From the NCBI GenBank assembly GCA_965223265.1, contig OZ244999.1, forward strand, positions 3,904,001-3,968,000: a stretch of 64,000 nucleotides of DNA, written 5' to 3'. The stretch comes from Planctomycetota bacterium. Its GTDB lineage: Bacteria > Planctomycetota > UBA8108 > SXIK01. How positions within the stretch are numbered: the stretch's first letter is position 1; every line of letters starts with the position of its first letter. Positions 10,131-18,832 of the stretch are shown piece after piece. The notes under the pieces were generated by a model. It worked only from the letters and a program-made list of their open reading frames with translations, was not told where the DNA came from and made no database searches. The position numbers and the translations under genes were made by a program.

Positions 10131-10508
10131 GGGCTACCTCCTCTGACCGAAACCACGGGTCAAGTCGCGCGTTCCGATCCATTGGCGCTCGCGTGCGTCA
10201 TGAAGACACGAGCAAAAACGCCTTCTTCACTTCTTTGGAATGTGTGTGAAAGGCGCGCGGGTCGGTCGCCAGCGCGCCGCCTGCGTGTCGTTAACGCATT
10301 CTCCCTTTTCGGAGGAAGCGTTCACAATCCTGAACGTTCCACGTGCCGGCGTTGAGGAACGCCCCAGGAGGCACTCCGATAACCTCCACATGGCCTACTT
10401 CGCCCGGCTCGCGCTCCGACAGGCTTCCCTTCACCTGCGTTTGGTGGTGCAATGGTCCCTGGAGTCGCCTGTTCCAACTTGTGCTGAACGCTTCGCCGAA
10501 TCAACCGA

Positions 10509-11792
10509 ATGTTACGACCAGGTTTTGGAGCGCCCGAGGCTGTCTTCGTCGCCTGCGCGGTTCTCTTATCTCGTGGGGAAGTCCATGGCCAGTCTCGCCC
10601 GCTTAAGGCAAGTTCGAGTGTCGATGAGCGAATCGAATCGGCCCGAGAGGCGCTGTGTGGCGGCGATGTGAAGTCGGCCGCAGAATGGCTTGCACCCATT
10701 TTCGAGCGCCGGGCAGAGAACCGTCTCGACGCACGCCAGGAGACCGAGGCGCATCTTCTCTGGGGCACGATCTTGTTGACCCAAGAAGATCCGGAAGCCG
10801 CGCTCGTACACCTACAGAAAGCTCTGCGCGGCAACGCGGAATTTCGTCACGAGACAGCTGCGACAGCGGTGGAGGCCGCGCTCGCGATAGGGGACACACA
10901 GTCGGCCCGAGAAGTGCTCGACTCCATTCCAGGCGCATCGACCAAGTCATGGTCCCTTCGGCTCGTCGGCCATGTCGATTTGGCGGCAGGAAACTCCTCG
11001 GACGCGATCAAATCATTCGAGGCGAGTTTTCGCCTCGAGCCGTCCGCAGACGCGGCGCTGCAGCTCGGCATGCTTCGCTACGAAGCTCTTGACCTCCCGG
11101 CTGCGCGCCTCTGGTTCGATGCCGCGCTGCACCACGATCCGCGTTCGTACTACGCCCGCGTCTTTCGAGCACGCGTCGCTCTGCAGCTCGGAGATCTTGG
11201 CAGCTGCGCATCCGACGCTGAGATACTCATCGAGGAGTTCGAAACCCCAGAAGCTCTAACACTCGCTGGACGAGTCGCCCAACGCAAAAAGGAATGGTCA
11301 AACGCAGCGGCGATGTTTCGACGCGCCCTGAAGATCGAGCCGCGCAATCTCGAGGCGCGATTCGGACTAGCGACATCGCTCCGTCGTCTTGCCGACGATG
11401 ACGCTGGCGAAGAGTTCGCAAGATTCCGGCGACAGCAGCGCCAAGACTCCGAAACCCGCCGCCGACTCGAATCTGCCGAGCAGCTCCTCCTCCGTGAGCC
11501 GCAGAGAGTCGAGCTCCATCTGAACATCGCACAATCCGCCCTCGAGATCGGAGACATGCAGAAAGCGGAGAGCCACGCCTGGGCCGCAGTGCGGTCAAAT
11601 CGTCACTCCAGAGAGCCCCGTTTCTTTCTCGCAGCCACACTCCGAAAACAAGGGAGGTACCGTGCGGCATCGGTTCAGTACCAACGAATCCTCGTAGAAC
11701 ATCCGGATGACCCTCAAGCCCGCGCTCTTCTCAAGGATTTGATCGACCGGCATAGTCGACCCAGCACCAGACGAGACGTCCAGCAAAAGTGA
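10509..11792 (+). CDS. Exported TPR-repeat protein
   Basis: Multiple TPR-like helical repeats; 4-nt overlap with the next gene; start uncertain. Confidence 0.8.
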   Translation: MLRPGFGAPEAVFVACAVLLSRGEVHGQSRPLKASSSVDERIESAREALCGGDVKSAAEWLAPIFERRAENRLDARQETEAHLLWGTILLTQEDPEAALVHLQKALRGNAEFRHETAATAVEAALAIGDTQSAREVLDSIPGASTKSWSLRLVGHVDLAAGNSSDAIKSFEASFRLEPSADAALQLGMLRYEALDLPAARLWFDAALHHDPRSYYARVFRARVALQLGDLGSCASDAEILIEEFETPEALTLAGRVAQRKKEWSNAAAMFRRALKIEPRNLEARFGLATSLRRLADDDAGEEFARFRRQQRQDSETRRRLESAEQLLLREPQRVELHLNIAQSALEIGDMQKAESHAWAAVRSNRHSREPRFFLAATLRKQGRYRAASVQYQRILVEHPDDPQARALLKDLIDRHSRPSTRRDVQQK

Positions 11793-13576
11793 ATCGCTCG
11801 CCACGCCACCGCCGCCTCGTATCGAGGAGATTCCGACCGCCGCGAGCGGCGCACCTGCAATTGGCGGCGGTCTCTCTCCTCCCGTTGCTGCTGGGTTGTA
11901 CCCGTTCCACACCGGATGCGGAGTCAACTCGCCGGGCTCCCGGGACATCAGGAAAACAGCCGGACTCGGTCGAACGTGTGGCGTTCGTCGACATCGCGCC
12001 GGCGGTAGGAATCACGACACGGCTCGTCTGCGGCGACGAGCAAAAACTGCACATCATCGAGAACTTGGGCGTCGGGTGTGCTCTTTTTGACGCGAACAAA
12101 GACGGCCTTCTCGACGTTTACCTCGCTAATGCCGGCACCGTGACATCTTCCGAACTCGTGCCGGGACCTGGATGTGCCTATTACGAGCGCAGAAGCGACG
12201 GTTCGTATGCAAACCTTACGGCATCCTCGGGCTTGGGGTTTGCCGGTTGGGCGACAGGAGTCGCCGTCGGAGACATCGACAACGACGGCGATGCAGATCT
12301 GCTGCAAGCGTGCGTCGGTCGCAATCTTCTCTACCTCAACGACGGAGGCGGGCGGTTTCGTGAGGTGGGGCGCGAGTTCGGCCTTGTCGGCGAAGACTGT
12401 AGCACCAGCGTCGCATTTTTCGACTACGACCGAGATGGGTTCGTCGACCTTTACGTAACGAACTACGTCCTGTTCGATTTCGCCTCCCTGCCCAACGACG
12501 GCAAGCCGTGCTTAACCAAGAGCGTGCCGACTTCGTGCGGGCCTAGTTTCTACGAGCCCGCGCCCGACCGGCTGTTTCGCAACGTCTCGGGACAGCGTTT
12601 CGAAGACGTCTCGGACCGGCTCGGGATCGCCTCCGTCGAGCCAAGCTACGGACTTGGGCTAGTGTCCCAAGACTTCAACGACGATGGCTTCGTCGATGTC
12701 TACGTGGCGAACGACGGGCAAGCGAACTTCCTGTGGATGAATCGGCAGGCGCGAATCTTCGAGGAAACCGGCCTGCTCGCCGGCGTCGCGCTCGGCGAAG
12801 CTGGACGCGGGCAGGCGGGAATGGGAGTGGACGCGGCCGACGTTGATCACAATGGCCTTCCCGATCTCTTCGTGACGAACTTTGCCGAGGAGTATTTCGC
12901 ATACTACACGAATCAAGGCGAGGAACTCTTCGAGGACGCATCGCACGCAGCCGGTTTCGCCGCAGCGACCTATCACCATCTCGGCTGGGGCGTTCGGTGG
13001 ATCGATCTGACGAACGATTCGCTCTGCGATCTCATCGTCGCCAATGGTCACGTCTACCCGCAGGCCGATAGCATCTTTCCGAGGTCTCCATTCCGCCAGC
13101 CCCTGATCGCTTTTGTGCAGCGACCTGGAGGCAGCTTCGAGCAGCTGGCAGCCGGTCCGAACACCTGGCTACAGCAGCGGGCTGCCTACAGATCCATCGC
13201 TTCAGGCGACATCGACAACGATGGTGACATGGACCTCCTGGTTACGGTAATTGATGGCGTACCGCTGCTGCTCGAAAACCGCACGCAGCCGCACCAGCAC
13301 TGGACCCGCATACACCTGCAAGGGCGTCGTTCGAACCGCGAAGCCGTGGGCTCGAAGCTGATGCTGAGCGTCGACGGCACACCACGCCACATTCAAGTGA
13401 CACGCAGCGGCAGCTACTTGAGTGCCAGTGACGTGCGAGTGCACGTCGGCCTCGGCGCGGCAACGGCGTCCGGCCCGGTGGTGGTCCGCTGGCCAGACGG
13501 TACCGAAGAGGAGTTCCCGGGCGCACCTGCCGACCGCGAGCGGATGATCATCGAGGGCACTGGTCGCCGCCGCTAG
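11789..13576 (+). CDS. CRTAC1-family FG-GAP/VCBS repeat protein with ASPIC/UnbV C-terminus (probable lipoprotein)
   Basis: Repeated D.D.DG..D motifs; C-terminal GSYLS....VH.GLG...V.WPDG; LLLGC lipobox. Confidence 0.9.
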   Translation: MNRSPRHRRLVSRRFRPPRAAHLQLAAVSLLPLLLGCTRSTPDAESTRRAPGTSGKQPDSVERVAFVDIAPAVGITTRLVCGDEQKLHIIENLGVGCALFDANKDGLLDVYLANAGTVTSSELVPGPGCAYYERRSDGSYANLTASSGLGFAGWATGVAVGDIDNDGDADLLQACVGRNLLYLNDGGGRFREVGREFGLVGEDCSTSVAFFDYDRDGFVDLYVTNYVLFDFASLPNDGKPCLTKSVPTSCGPSFYEPAPDRLFRNVSGQRFEDVSDRLGIASVEPSYGLGLVSQDFNDDGFVDVYVANDGQANFLWMNRQARIFEETGLLAGVALGEAGRGQAGMGVDAADVDHNGLPDLFVTNFAEEYFAYYTNQGEELFEDASHAAGFAAATYHHLGWGVRWIDLTNDSLCDLIVANGHVYPQADSIFPRSPFRQPLIAFVQRPGGSFEQLAAGPNTWLQQRAAYRSIASGDIDNDGDMDLLVTVIDGVPLLLENRTQPHQHWTRIHLQGRRSNREAVGSKLMLSVDGTPRHIQVTRSGSYLSASDVRVHVGLGAATASGPVVVRWPDGTEEEFPGAPADRERMIIEGTGRRR

Positions 13577-13901
13577 CGCTAGCTGCGGTCGCCCCCGGAT
13601 TGTCGTCAACCGCCGCAAAAACGGTAGAGTTCACATGTCGGTGAACGGGCACGATGCGTCGATCGGCTGAAGAATTCTTCGAGAACTCGCCCTGCGGCCA
13701 CCCTCAACAGCCGCTCAAAAGTCATTCGGCCGAGTCCAGCGGGGTCTCGATGCCGGAGAGGGGAGTATCGAAGCCCTGCTTGCCCTTCTTGCGCGCGACA
13801 ACGCTCCTCGAAACTCGTCTCGGCGGCCAAAGTTCGAGCGAAGGAATCCCTTGCCGGGCTCGCACGCGCACCCAGCGCCTGAGCCTTGTCTCAACAGGCG
13901 G

Positions 13902-14804
13902 TCAACCGTCTTCAGCGCTGCGGATCCCCGCGGCGTCGAGAATCGCGTCCAGCTGCGCCGCGACTTCCTCGCCCACGGCACGGAGGGGGCGTCGCGGCGG
14001 GCCAGCCCGATACCCAAGGCGCTCAAGTGCGTACTTTAGCCCGGCGACACCGAAACGTGAGGTCACCGCCGCATTCAGCTCAAGCAAGCGAAAGTGAAGC
14101 TCACGCGCTGCGGGCAAGTCACCTGCGCGCACAGCCTCACAAAGTCGAACGCAGAGGCGCGGAGCAACCCCAGCAAGCGCCACAATGCCGCCGTCAGCGC
14201 CCATCGCCGCGGCATAGAGCAGCTGATGCCCCGACCCCGCATAGACACGGAACGCGTCGCTGCGATCACGCGTCAGGCGGGCGAGCAGCATCATGTCCCC
14301 GGAGGTGTCTTTGATGCCGATGACGTTTTCGTGGCGCGATAGGCGCTGCACCAGACCAGCAGAGAAAACGACGGGCGCAAACTTTGGCACGTGGTAAAGG
14401 ATCACCGGAAGCTCCGCTGCGTCGGCAACGCGCTCATAGTACTCGGCGACGACCGACTCAGTCATGCCGCCCAAGAAGTAGGAGGGAGGCACGACCAACA
14501 CTGCGTCGCACCCGCAGCCCGCGGCCCGCTGCGTGAGCTCGAGTGTCTCACGCAAAGACTGCCGCCCGGTCCCGGCGATCACCAATTTGCCCGGCGCGCG
14601 AGCCGTGACAGCGCACTCGAAGCAGGCTTCCGCCTCATCTGCGGTGAGATGGACCCCTTCGCCATTCGATCCGAGGACGACGTAGCCGGCGAGGCCCGTG
14701 GCGTTCCAGCGTTCGATGTTCTGCTGCAGCCCGTCAATGTCAACACGCTCGTCCTCGTGCAACGGCGTCACAATCGGCGGGAACACTCCGGCGCCAAGAC
14801 TCAT
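13902..14804 (-). CDS. DapA-family aldolase (4-hydroxy-2-oxoglutarate aldolase-like)
   Basis: GSNGE, LYHVP and GIKDTSG Schiff-base Lys motif; GGAGG before ATG 14804. Confidence 0.85.
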   Translation of the reverse strand: MSLGAGVFPPIVTPLHEDERVDIDGLQQNIERWNATGLAGYVVLGSNGEGVHLTADEAEACFECAVTARAPGKLVIAGTGRQSLRETLELTQRAAGCGCDAVLVVPPSYFLGGMTESVVAEYYERVADAAELPVILYHVPKFAPVVFSAGLVQRLSRHENVIGIKDTSGDMMLLARLTRDRSDAFRVYAGSGHQLLYAAAMGADGGIVALAGVAPRLCVRLCEAVRAGDLPAARELHFRLLELNAAVTSRFGVAGLKYALERLGYRAGPPRRPLRAVGEEVAAQLDAILDAAGIRSAEDG

Positions 14805-14834
14805 TCGTTCCTCCCGCAACCTGCGGTCGTGCGC

Positions 14835-16052
14835 TCAGTGGGTCGCGGGCACCACGACTCGATCGGCTAATCGTCCTATCGGCGGCAGCTCCCCGAGAAG
14901 TGGCAAAGCGTAGTCACGAAAGCTCGCCGCGATGTTGTTTCCTTCGGGAGCGACAAACTCCTGCGGTAGGCTTCTCGTGTTACGGGCAACATTGCTCAGC
15001 TCGGTCATCTCGTAGCGCACGGAATACTCAGCTCCAGGCTCGCGAATGATGACAACTGAACCGCTCTCGACGCGTCCCTCAGCAAGTGACTCGACAGCAA
15101 ATCTCCCGACGTCGCGTGCCTCGCGCGCGTCGACCTCAGAATGCATGCCAGGAAAACAGCGCTGGAGGTAACCGAACGTGTCTGCCCTCACCCGCGACGC
15201 GCCGACTCGCTTCTTCACCTGTTCAGCCAAAAAGTCGCCAAGGGCACCACTCCCTGAAAGCTGCACGTTGCCGTGAGAGTCGACCTCGCCAGTCGAGAAA
15301 ACGGGCGCGCCGTGACGATCACGGATGCCTTCGGAAACGGCCACGACGCAGCGCCCATGCTGATGGAGCACCCGAGCAACGTCGGAGCAAAACGCTTCCA
15401 CATCGAATTCCGCTTCAGGTACGTAGATCAGATGCGGTCCGTCATCTTCATGCTGGCGTCCAAGACTGGTCGCGGCCGTCAGGAATCCCGCATGCCGCCC
15501 CATGATCACGTCGATCTTGACGCCGCCGAGCGCGCGGTTGTCGAGATTGTCACCCATGAGAGCCATGGCGACGAAGCGCGCGGCCGAACCGAACCCGGGG
15601 CAGTGGTCCGTGACGAGCAAATCGTTGTCGATCGTCTTCGGGATATGAGCGACGCGAAAGTCATACCCCGCCTTGCGCGCCAATGAATCGACCAGGTGAG
15701 CTGTCTCCGCGCTATCGTTGCCGCCGATATAGAAGAAGTAACGAATGTCGTGCTTCTGAAAAATCCTGAAGATCCGCTCACACTCTTCGGCTTTGGGTTT
15801 CTTGCGGACCGAACCGAGGGCAGCGGACGGCGTCACCGCGACAGCCTCGAGCTCTGCGTCGCTCTGCGCCCCGAGGTCAATCAGCTCCTGCGCCAAAATG
15901 CCGCGGACTCCATGGCGCGCGCCATAGAAACCTGTGATCACATCGCCGAATTGCCGACTTGCCTGGACGGCGCCAACAAGACTCTGGTTGATCACGCAGG
16001 TCGGCCCGCCCGATTGGCCAATCAGCGCTTTTCCTACCAGACGACTAGTCAT
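14835..16052 (-). CDS. pfp: 6-phosphofructokinase, probably PPi-dependent
   Basis: QSGGP, YIGGNDS (Asp typical of PPi-type), PKTIDND, MGRHAG, GYLQR. Confidence 0.88.
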   Translation of the reverse strand: MTSRLVGKALIGQSGGPTCVINQSLVGAVQASRQFGDVITGFYGARHGVRGILAQELIDLGAQSDAELEAVAVTPSAALGSVRKKPKAEECERIFRIFQKHDIRYFFYIGGNDSAETAHLVDSLARKAGYDFRVAHIPKTIDNDLLVTDHCPGFGSAARFVAMALMGDNLDNRALGGVKIDVIMGRHAGFLTAATSLGRQHEDDGPHLIYVPEAEFDVEAFCSDVARVLHQHGRCVVAVSEGIRDRHGAPVFSTGEVDSHGNVQLSGSGALGDFLAEQVKKRVGASRVRADTFGYLQRCFPGMHSEVDAREARDVGRFAVESLAEGRVESGSVVIIREPGAEYSVRYEMTELSNVARNTRSLPQEFVAPEGNNIAASFRDYALPLLGELPPIGRLADRVVVPATH

Positions 16053-16387
16053 TTGTGTCCTCGAGATGACTGGATAGAATCCGGGTGCAGACCAACTCTT
16101 TTACCAGATGATCGTGACCCGGGAAAGCTTCGGGATGCGCGCAGCGACCACACACGACGCAAGCGCGCAGATTATGGCCAGAACGGGATGTTGCCAGAAA
16201 ACCGGGCAAAAACCAGCCATTCAATCTAAGTTCTTGTATTTTTGGATGATAGAACCGCGCCGCACATCAAGCCAGCGCTGAATGCATGGATTCTGCCCAC
16301 TTGCGACCATCGAGCGGATGACCACCCCTCCGCCGTAATCGCTGACATCTAAACCACTTGGGACATCTGAATGTTTTCTGCAGCAAA

Positions 16388-16403
16388 TGGAACAATGCTT
16401 GCA
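16388..16403 (+). promoter_or_regulatory. Sigma-54 -24/-12 promoter
   Basis: TGGAACAATGCTTGCA has the exact GG-N10-GC spacing and one mismatch to TGGCAC-N5-TTGCW; predicted start about 16414. Confidence 0.65.
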
Positions 16404-16413
16404 TATCGGACCT

Positions 16414-16621
16414 CACAGCAGCAAAAGAGTCCATGAGAGCGCCGCAAGGCGCGGAGTAAGAAAAAGGAAATCGGAGGGGTAACCTACGAAAGGGTAGGGT
16501 TGGGGTTGGGTATTCTCTCTTTGAGGGAGTTTGGGAGGGAAAGCAGATACCCATTTCTCCTTTTACTTGCTTCATTTCTTACGGAAGGGCGCCAGAAAAG
16601 ACGGTCTGGCGTCCTTTTTTT
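16414..16621 (+). ncRNA. Candidate sigma-54-dependent small RNA (RNA-1, about 205 nt)
   Basis: Lies between a sigma-54 motif and an intrinsic terminator; GCGCC-GCAA-GGCGC tetraloop hairpin, CCTAC/GTAGG and GGGTAT/ATACCC stems; no credible ORF. Confidence 0.55.
16585..16621 (+). terminator. Intrinsic terminator
   Basis: AAGGGCGCCAGA / TCTGGCGTCCTT stem ending in a T7 run. Confidence 0.8.
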
Positions 16622-16768
16622 GTGGGCTCGTCCAGCCGGCTCGTGGAGCGTTGTGAGTTTTTTGTTGCGCACCCCACGATTTGCCCCTAGGATGGCGCTA
16701 TCGATGTGCGTAGGGCCAACAGGCCCCTAAGATCGTGAGTTTTTAGGGAGACCTCTTGGCGCGCCGGG

Positions 16769-16973
16769 CGGCATTCATGCCGGCTTCCGCGGGTTCCGTT
16801 GGTTCCCAGTTCGGTTCCATGCTGGGGAGAGAACGGGGAAGTCCAGGGAAGCGTGGAACACCTGGCGGGTGAACGCTCATCGCGCGATGGCAGTTCGATA
16901 GACTCAAAGCTTTTTCATTTTTTCTCCTCGTTTGTGCCCCCTCGCCGTGGATCCTGCGCGAGGGGGTTTTTTT
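16769..16973 (+). ncRNA. Candidate structured small RNA (RNA-A) with anti-RBS tract; 5' end uncertain
   Basis: Consecutive hairpins, then the pyrimidine tract CTTTTTCATTTTTTCTCCTCG, then a terminator; no + strand gene lies upstream. No promoter identified. Confidence 0.5.
16936..16973 (+). terminator. Intrinsic terminator
   Basis: GCCCCCTCGC / GCGAGGGGGT stem with a T7 run. Confidence 0.8.
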
Positions 16974-17249
16974 GTGTCAGCCCGTTGACCTCGAGTCGAA
17001 TTCTCAGGTTGGCGAGAAACGGTACTCGGCGGCGTGGGTTGGTGGGCCTGAGGGTTTCTTGGTGCCGAATTCTCGCGACACTTGCTGCGCCATGCGCAGC
17101 TCTCCGGACGGCGATCGAGCCATCAACACCACGGCAGTCGGGCGCCGGATCGCGACGACAGTCCACAGAACCATTCCGTCAGCGGCTGGGACGTGACCAC
17201 CTGATCAGCGCCAGAGATCTGATCAGCGAAGAGATGCGGGGCCGCCGCT

Positions 17250-18518
17250 TCACGGACTCGTCGCGCCGTCGACACACGCCAGCTCGTCACTGATTCCGGA
17301 ATCCTCGCCAGGATACGGAAACGGACTCTCGGGCGCGGCACCCGAACGAAAGAGATGCCCGGCAAGAAACAGCGCGTCCGACACGTCAACAGCGCTGTCG
17401 TCGTTGACGTCCGCCGCGTCCGGGCATTCGAAAACTTCGCTGAGCGCGGCAATAGAGTCTTTGCCGCCGCCGACAAAAAGCCCATTGAGAATTGTCACCA
17501 CGTCAGCGAGATCAATCCGCCAGTCTCGATTGGAATCGCCGCGAACGAACAGTTCATCGCCGGAGACCACGCGAATCGTCATGGGACAAGCTCGAAACGG
17601 CTGCGCCGTGCCATCGCGCGAGAGCTCATTGACCAGCGCCGGGAAGCCATCAGCAGCAGGAACATCGGCAAAGCTGAGAATGATCTCCTCACCAACCGGC
17701 GCGTCGGGGCTGACGTCAAAAAGAAGGCGTCCAACAACACCGTTGTAAAACGACGGCAAAGGCTCGAATGGTGGCTGTAAGCCGATTCCAGCCGAGAAGG
17801 CAAACAACCCGTCGCTCGCCTGTCGGTCATACGGCAAGAAAAGCCCAGGCTCCACGCCGAGCTCGTCGAACACGGAGTCGGTGATCGAAACGGAACGCAT
17901 CGTCACGTGCTCAGGCGACACGCTGAGGCTGAGCGTGAAACCCTCAGTAGGTCCAGCGGTCGTGAGCAGGATGGGCACGCTCGCAGTCTGTCCCGGCATG
18001 ACCTTCACTTCACGGAGGAGTCGCACAAACTCAAGATCAGCGACACCGATGTCTTGGTCGCCGCAAGGTCCGCTGCGCGGCAGCCCACCGCCGCCACCAT
18101 CCCCTGCGAGAAGACCATCTTGCTCGAGATTGGCCGCGGAACGCTGACCGCAGGTGAGTCCATCAGGCGTTGGGTCTGTGCCGGCTTCGGCGCTGGGAGC
18201 CGGAATCAAGCCGCTTCGGAAAAACACACTGCCAATGAGGTAAAGTGGATCGACGAGGTCCAGCCGACCGGAATCGTCGACGTCAACGGCGTCCTCGCAA
18301 ACCACGGGAAACCCAAGGTGGAGGTGACGGAAGATCGCGAAAACGTCAGACAGCGTGACAGCGCCGTCGGCGTTTGCGTCGCCGCGAAGAAATGTAGGCT
18401 CCGCAGCACGTGCGGACGAACGGACAGAGGCTGCCAAGAAGGTGACAGCAACAGCAATCGCGACAGAGACGATCGCGCGCTCTCCACCCCTGCGCAGGAC
18501 ACAAGATCTCCAACGCAA
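17250..18518 (-). CDS. Secreted protein with two planctomycete-type dockerin-like (EF-hand) modules flanking a cohesin-like beta domain
   Basis: Signal peptide; FLRGDANADGAVTLSD...DAVDVDDSG and FVRGDSNRD..IDLAD...DAADVNDDS modules; GGAGG 7 nt before the TTG start. Confidence 0.82.
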   Translation of the reverse strand: MRWRSCVLRRGGERAIVSVAIAVAVTFLAASVRSSARAAEPTFLRGDANADGAVTLSDVFAIFRHLHLGFPVVCEDAVDVDDSGRLDLVDPLYLIGSVFFRSGLIPAPSAEAGTDPTPDGLTCGQRSAANLEQDGLLAGDGGGGGLPRSGPCGDQDIGVADLEFVRLLREVKVMPGQTASVPILLTTAGPTEGFTLSLSVSPEHVTMRSVSITDSVFDELGVEPGLFLPYDRQASDGLFAFSAGIGLQPPFEPLPSFYNGVVGRLLFDVSPDAPVGEEIILSFADVPAADGFPALVNELSRDGTAQPFRACPMTIRVVSGDELFVRGDSNRDWRIDLADVVTILNGLFVGGGKDSIAALSEVFECPDAADVNDDSAVDVSDALFLAGHLFRSGAAPESPFPYPGEDSGISDELACVDGATSP

Positions 18519-18668
18519 ATCATACCCTCCCGTGTAGCAGCCGCTGAACTCGCGGCTCAGTGTATAGTAAGGGTCAAATTCTAGAGCTCATCCGGCGCCG
18601 CATCAAGCTTCGTCCGGCAACGTTTTCACTTGAGGCCGGCTGGAATTCGACTCGAGCTGATGTGGGCC

Positions 18669-18775
18669 CGGAACAAAAGTTCCGCGCGACCATCGGAAGT
18701 GTAAATCGAAGGTTCAATTTGGCGCCGAATCCAGGCCGGAAAGTTTTCTATAAGATATTTAAAATAAATAATTTA
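18669..18775 (+). promoter_or_regulatory. Putative activator site (palindrome) and IHF-like AT-rich site
   Basis: CGGAAC-AAAA-GTTCCG at 18669-18684; AATAAATAATTTA at 18763-18775 has one mismatch to WATCAANNNNTTR. Order matches the UAS-IHF-sigma-54 layout. Confidence 0.5.
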
Positions 18776-18806
18776 CAACACTTCATCCAAGCCAAACAGA
18801 ACCCCG

Positions 18807-18822
18807 TGGCACGACCATTGCT
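18807..18822 (+). promoter_or_regulatory. Sigma-54 -24/-12 promoter
   Basis: TGGCACGACCATTGCT, a perfect consensus match; predicted start about 18833. Confidence 0.8.
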
Positions 18823-18832
18823 TTTAATTGGA

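Noticed and set aside
16474-16510. GGGTAACC..GAAA..GGG resembles the start of a c-di-GMP-I riboswitch
   Set aside because: The following ACGCAAA junction and third stem are missing, and no gene lies downstream on that strand.
16834-16850. GGGGAAGTCC resembles the RNase P GAGGAAAGTCC motif
   Set aside because: The match is imperfect, the 3' conserved ACAGAA..CGGCTTA motif is absent and the segment is too short.
16267-17293. Short track ORFs in the pfp-dockerin gap
   Set aside because: Low-complexity translations, atypical composition and no motifs; several run through terminators.
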